Of a stretch of DNA of 64,000 bases, positions 62,996 to 64,000 are shown piece after piece. The notes below the pieces were generated by a model. That model was not told where the DNA came from. It did no database searches and saw only the letters and a program-made list of their open reading frames with translations. This DNA is from Candidatus Poribacteria bacterium. Its GTDB lineage: Bacteria > Poribacteria > WGA-4E > PCPOR2b. The position numbers were made by a program, and so were the translations under genes. Location: positions 1,152,001 to 1,216,000 of the forward strand of contig OZ240245.1 in the NCBI GenBank assembly GCA_965198175.1, in the 5' to 3' direction. How positions within the stretch are numbered: position 1 is the stretch's first letter; each line of letters opens with the position of its first letter.

Positions 62996-63682
62996 ATGGA
63001 GCTCGTTTCAATTCATGACGCGGCGGCAAGTGGAGATCTTGGTGCAGTAAAGAAGATTCTTGAACAGGACCCACAAGTGGTCAATCAGGATGATGAACAT
63101 GATTGGCGTCCTATATTTCATGCCGGATTACGACGCCATTATGATGTTGTTAAATATCTGATAGACTGCGGTGCCGATTTGGCAGCCCATGATGGTTATG
63201 TTATGCACTATGCTGGGGAAGTGCCAGACAATGAGGAAGTGGTATCATTGCTTGTTGCGTATGGGGGCTTAAATGCGCATACGAAACCATCAAGCGAAAC
63301 CGCGCGCCAGTTTATATACGCCGTTTTCCTAGCCAATGTGACGCGGGTAAATGCCATGCTCAGTGATAGCTCAGAGTTAGCACAAGAACGCTTCGCCCGC
63401 GGCGATACAGCTTTACACCACGCTGCTCGAAACGGCGATTTGGAAATTGTAGAACAGTTGGTTTTCTACAGTGCGGATGTCGATGCGACGTCGAATCACG
63501 GGCATTTTCCGCTCTACTGCGCAGCCGGGCATGGACATGTAGAAACCACCCGATATCTTGTAGAAAACGGCGCAGATTTACAAGCTAGACTCAACGATGG
63601 AAAAACGGTCACTGAATGGTTAAGGCAATATGCGGATCATGACCGTCGCTTGAAATCTTGTCTGGATGTATTGGAGAGATGA
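62996..63682 (+). CDS. Ankyrin-repeat protein
   Basis: IHDAAASGDL, GDTALHHAARNGDLEIVEQL, GHFPLYCAAGHGH. Confidence 0.9.
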   Translation: MELVSIHDAAASGDLGAVKKILEQDPQVVNQDDEHDWRPIFHAGLRRHYDVVKYLIDCGADLAAHDGYVMHYAGEVPDNEEVVSLLVAYGGLNAHTKPSSETARQFIYAVFLANVTRVNAMLSDSSELAQERFARGDTALHHAARNGDLEIVEQLVFYSADVDATSNHGHFPLYCAAGHGHVETTRYLVENGADLQARLNDGKTVTEWLRQYADHDRRLKSCLDVLER

Positions 63683-63872
63683 CGGTCTAAAATGCCGTTG
63701 CAGCCATTGGACTACAGGCAAAGAAAAAGAGAGTGAAAGAACACACTCCAATTAACACCATGTCCTTGTCTTTGGCCCGTTTGGGTCTTCGCGCAATCGC
63801 TTCTCAGGTTAGACGCGGCACAAATATTACTAGAATAGAGAGAAGCAACACTGAACTTGCTTGAGTGGACAG

Positions 63873-64000
63873 ATGAAATCTAAGCACAGCTACTACAGTC
63901 CGAAGTGGGTAGCCGATTACTTCGATGAATACGGCGAACAGGAATGGGAAAGATTCATTCGGAGACCTGCGGACGAGGTTAGTTTATTCATCCATACCCA
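63873..64000 (+). CDS. N-terminus of a probable class I SAM-dependent methyltransferase, truncated by the window edge
   Basis: MKSKHSYYSPKWVADYFDEYGEQEWERFIRRPADEVSLFIHT; frame open to the end of the window. Confidence 0.5.
   Translation, partial: MKSKHSYYSPKWVADYFDEYGEQEWERFIRRPADEVSLFIHT

Noticed and set aside
1..64000. rRNA, tRNA or riboswitch genes
   Set aside because: None were recognisable by eye in the intergenic regions; a covariance-model scan would be needed to exclude small ncRNAs.

Overview
Bacterial genomic window, most likely from Candidatus Poribacteria or a close relative. This is an inference from a secreted protein ending in the LLPNYPNPFNPETWIPY...YWD sorting-type domain, together with PhyH, NHL, TPR, ankyrin and PQQ-propeller proteins and a C-terminally extended ECF sigma factor. 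1-8.9 kb (minus strand) is a defence operon: type III res, a ParA-like ATPase, a HEPN protein, then mod (split by a complete 998-bp IS5/ISL2-group element with 18-bp TIRs and a 3-bp TSD), then two uncharacterised overlapping genes. 8.9-10.9 kb and 26.9-27.1 kb hold mosaics of REP-like repeats, including seven copies of a fixed-length ACTATCGC-N17-TTGATC element. 9.5-17 kb encodes a TauE exporter, a GH106-like protein, hflX, a SWIM protein and a PQQ/TolB lipoprotein. 17.4-24.3 kb is a giant Big-1 repeat surface protein (924-bp tandem repeat, broken by frameshifts). 24.6-26.7 kb is an NHL protein. 27.3-32.7 kb is a hybrid succinate dehydrogenase cluster (sdhA, sdhB, sdhC, sdhB2, HdrB/CCG subunit). 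32.8-45.8 kb holds oxidoreductases, TPR, IMPase, PQQ proteins and the ECF sigma factor. 45.9-55.2 kb is a MoxR/DUF58/DUF4350/DUF4129 cluster with three tandem membrane paralogues. 55.4-64 kb is a same-strand, cassette-like array of small accessory genes: HisG-HisE fusion, APH kinase, VOC, a nuclease ending in the SSB-like tail DDIPF, GNATs, NUDIX, PhyH, HIT, ankyrin and a methyltransferase. No rRNA, tRNA or CRISPR array was seen. All family calls are from motif recognition by eye; no database searches were run.
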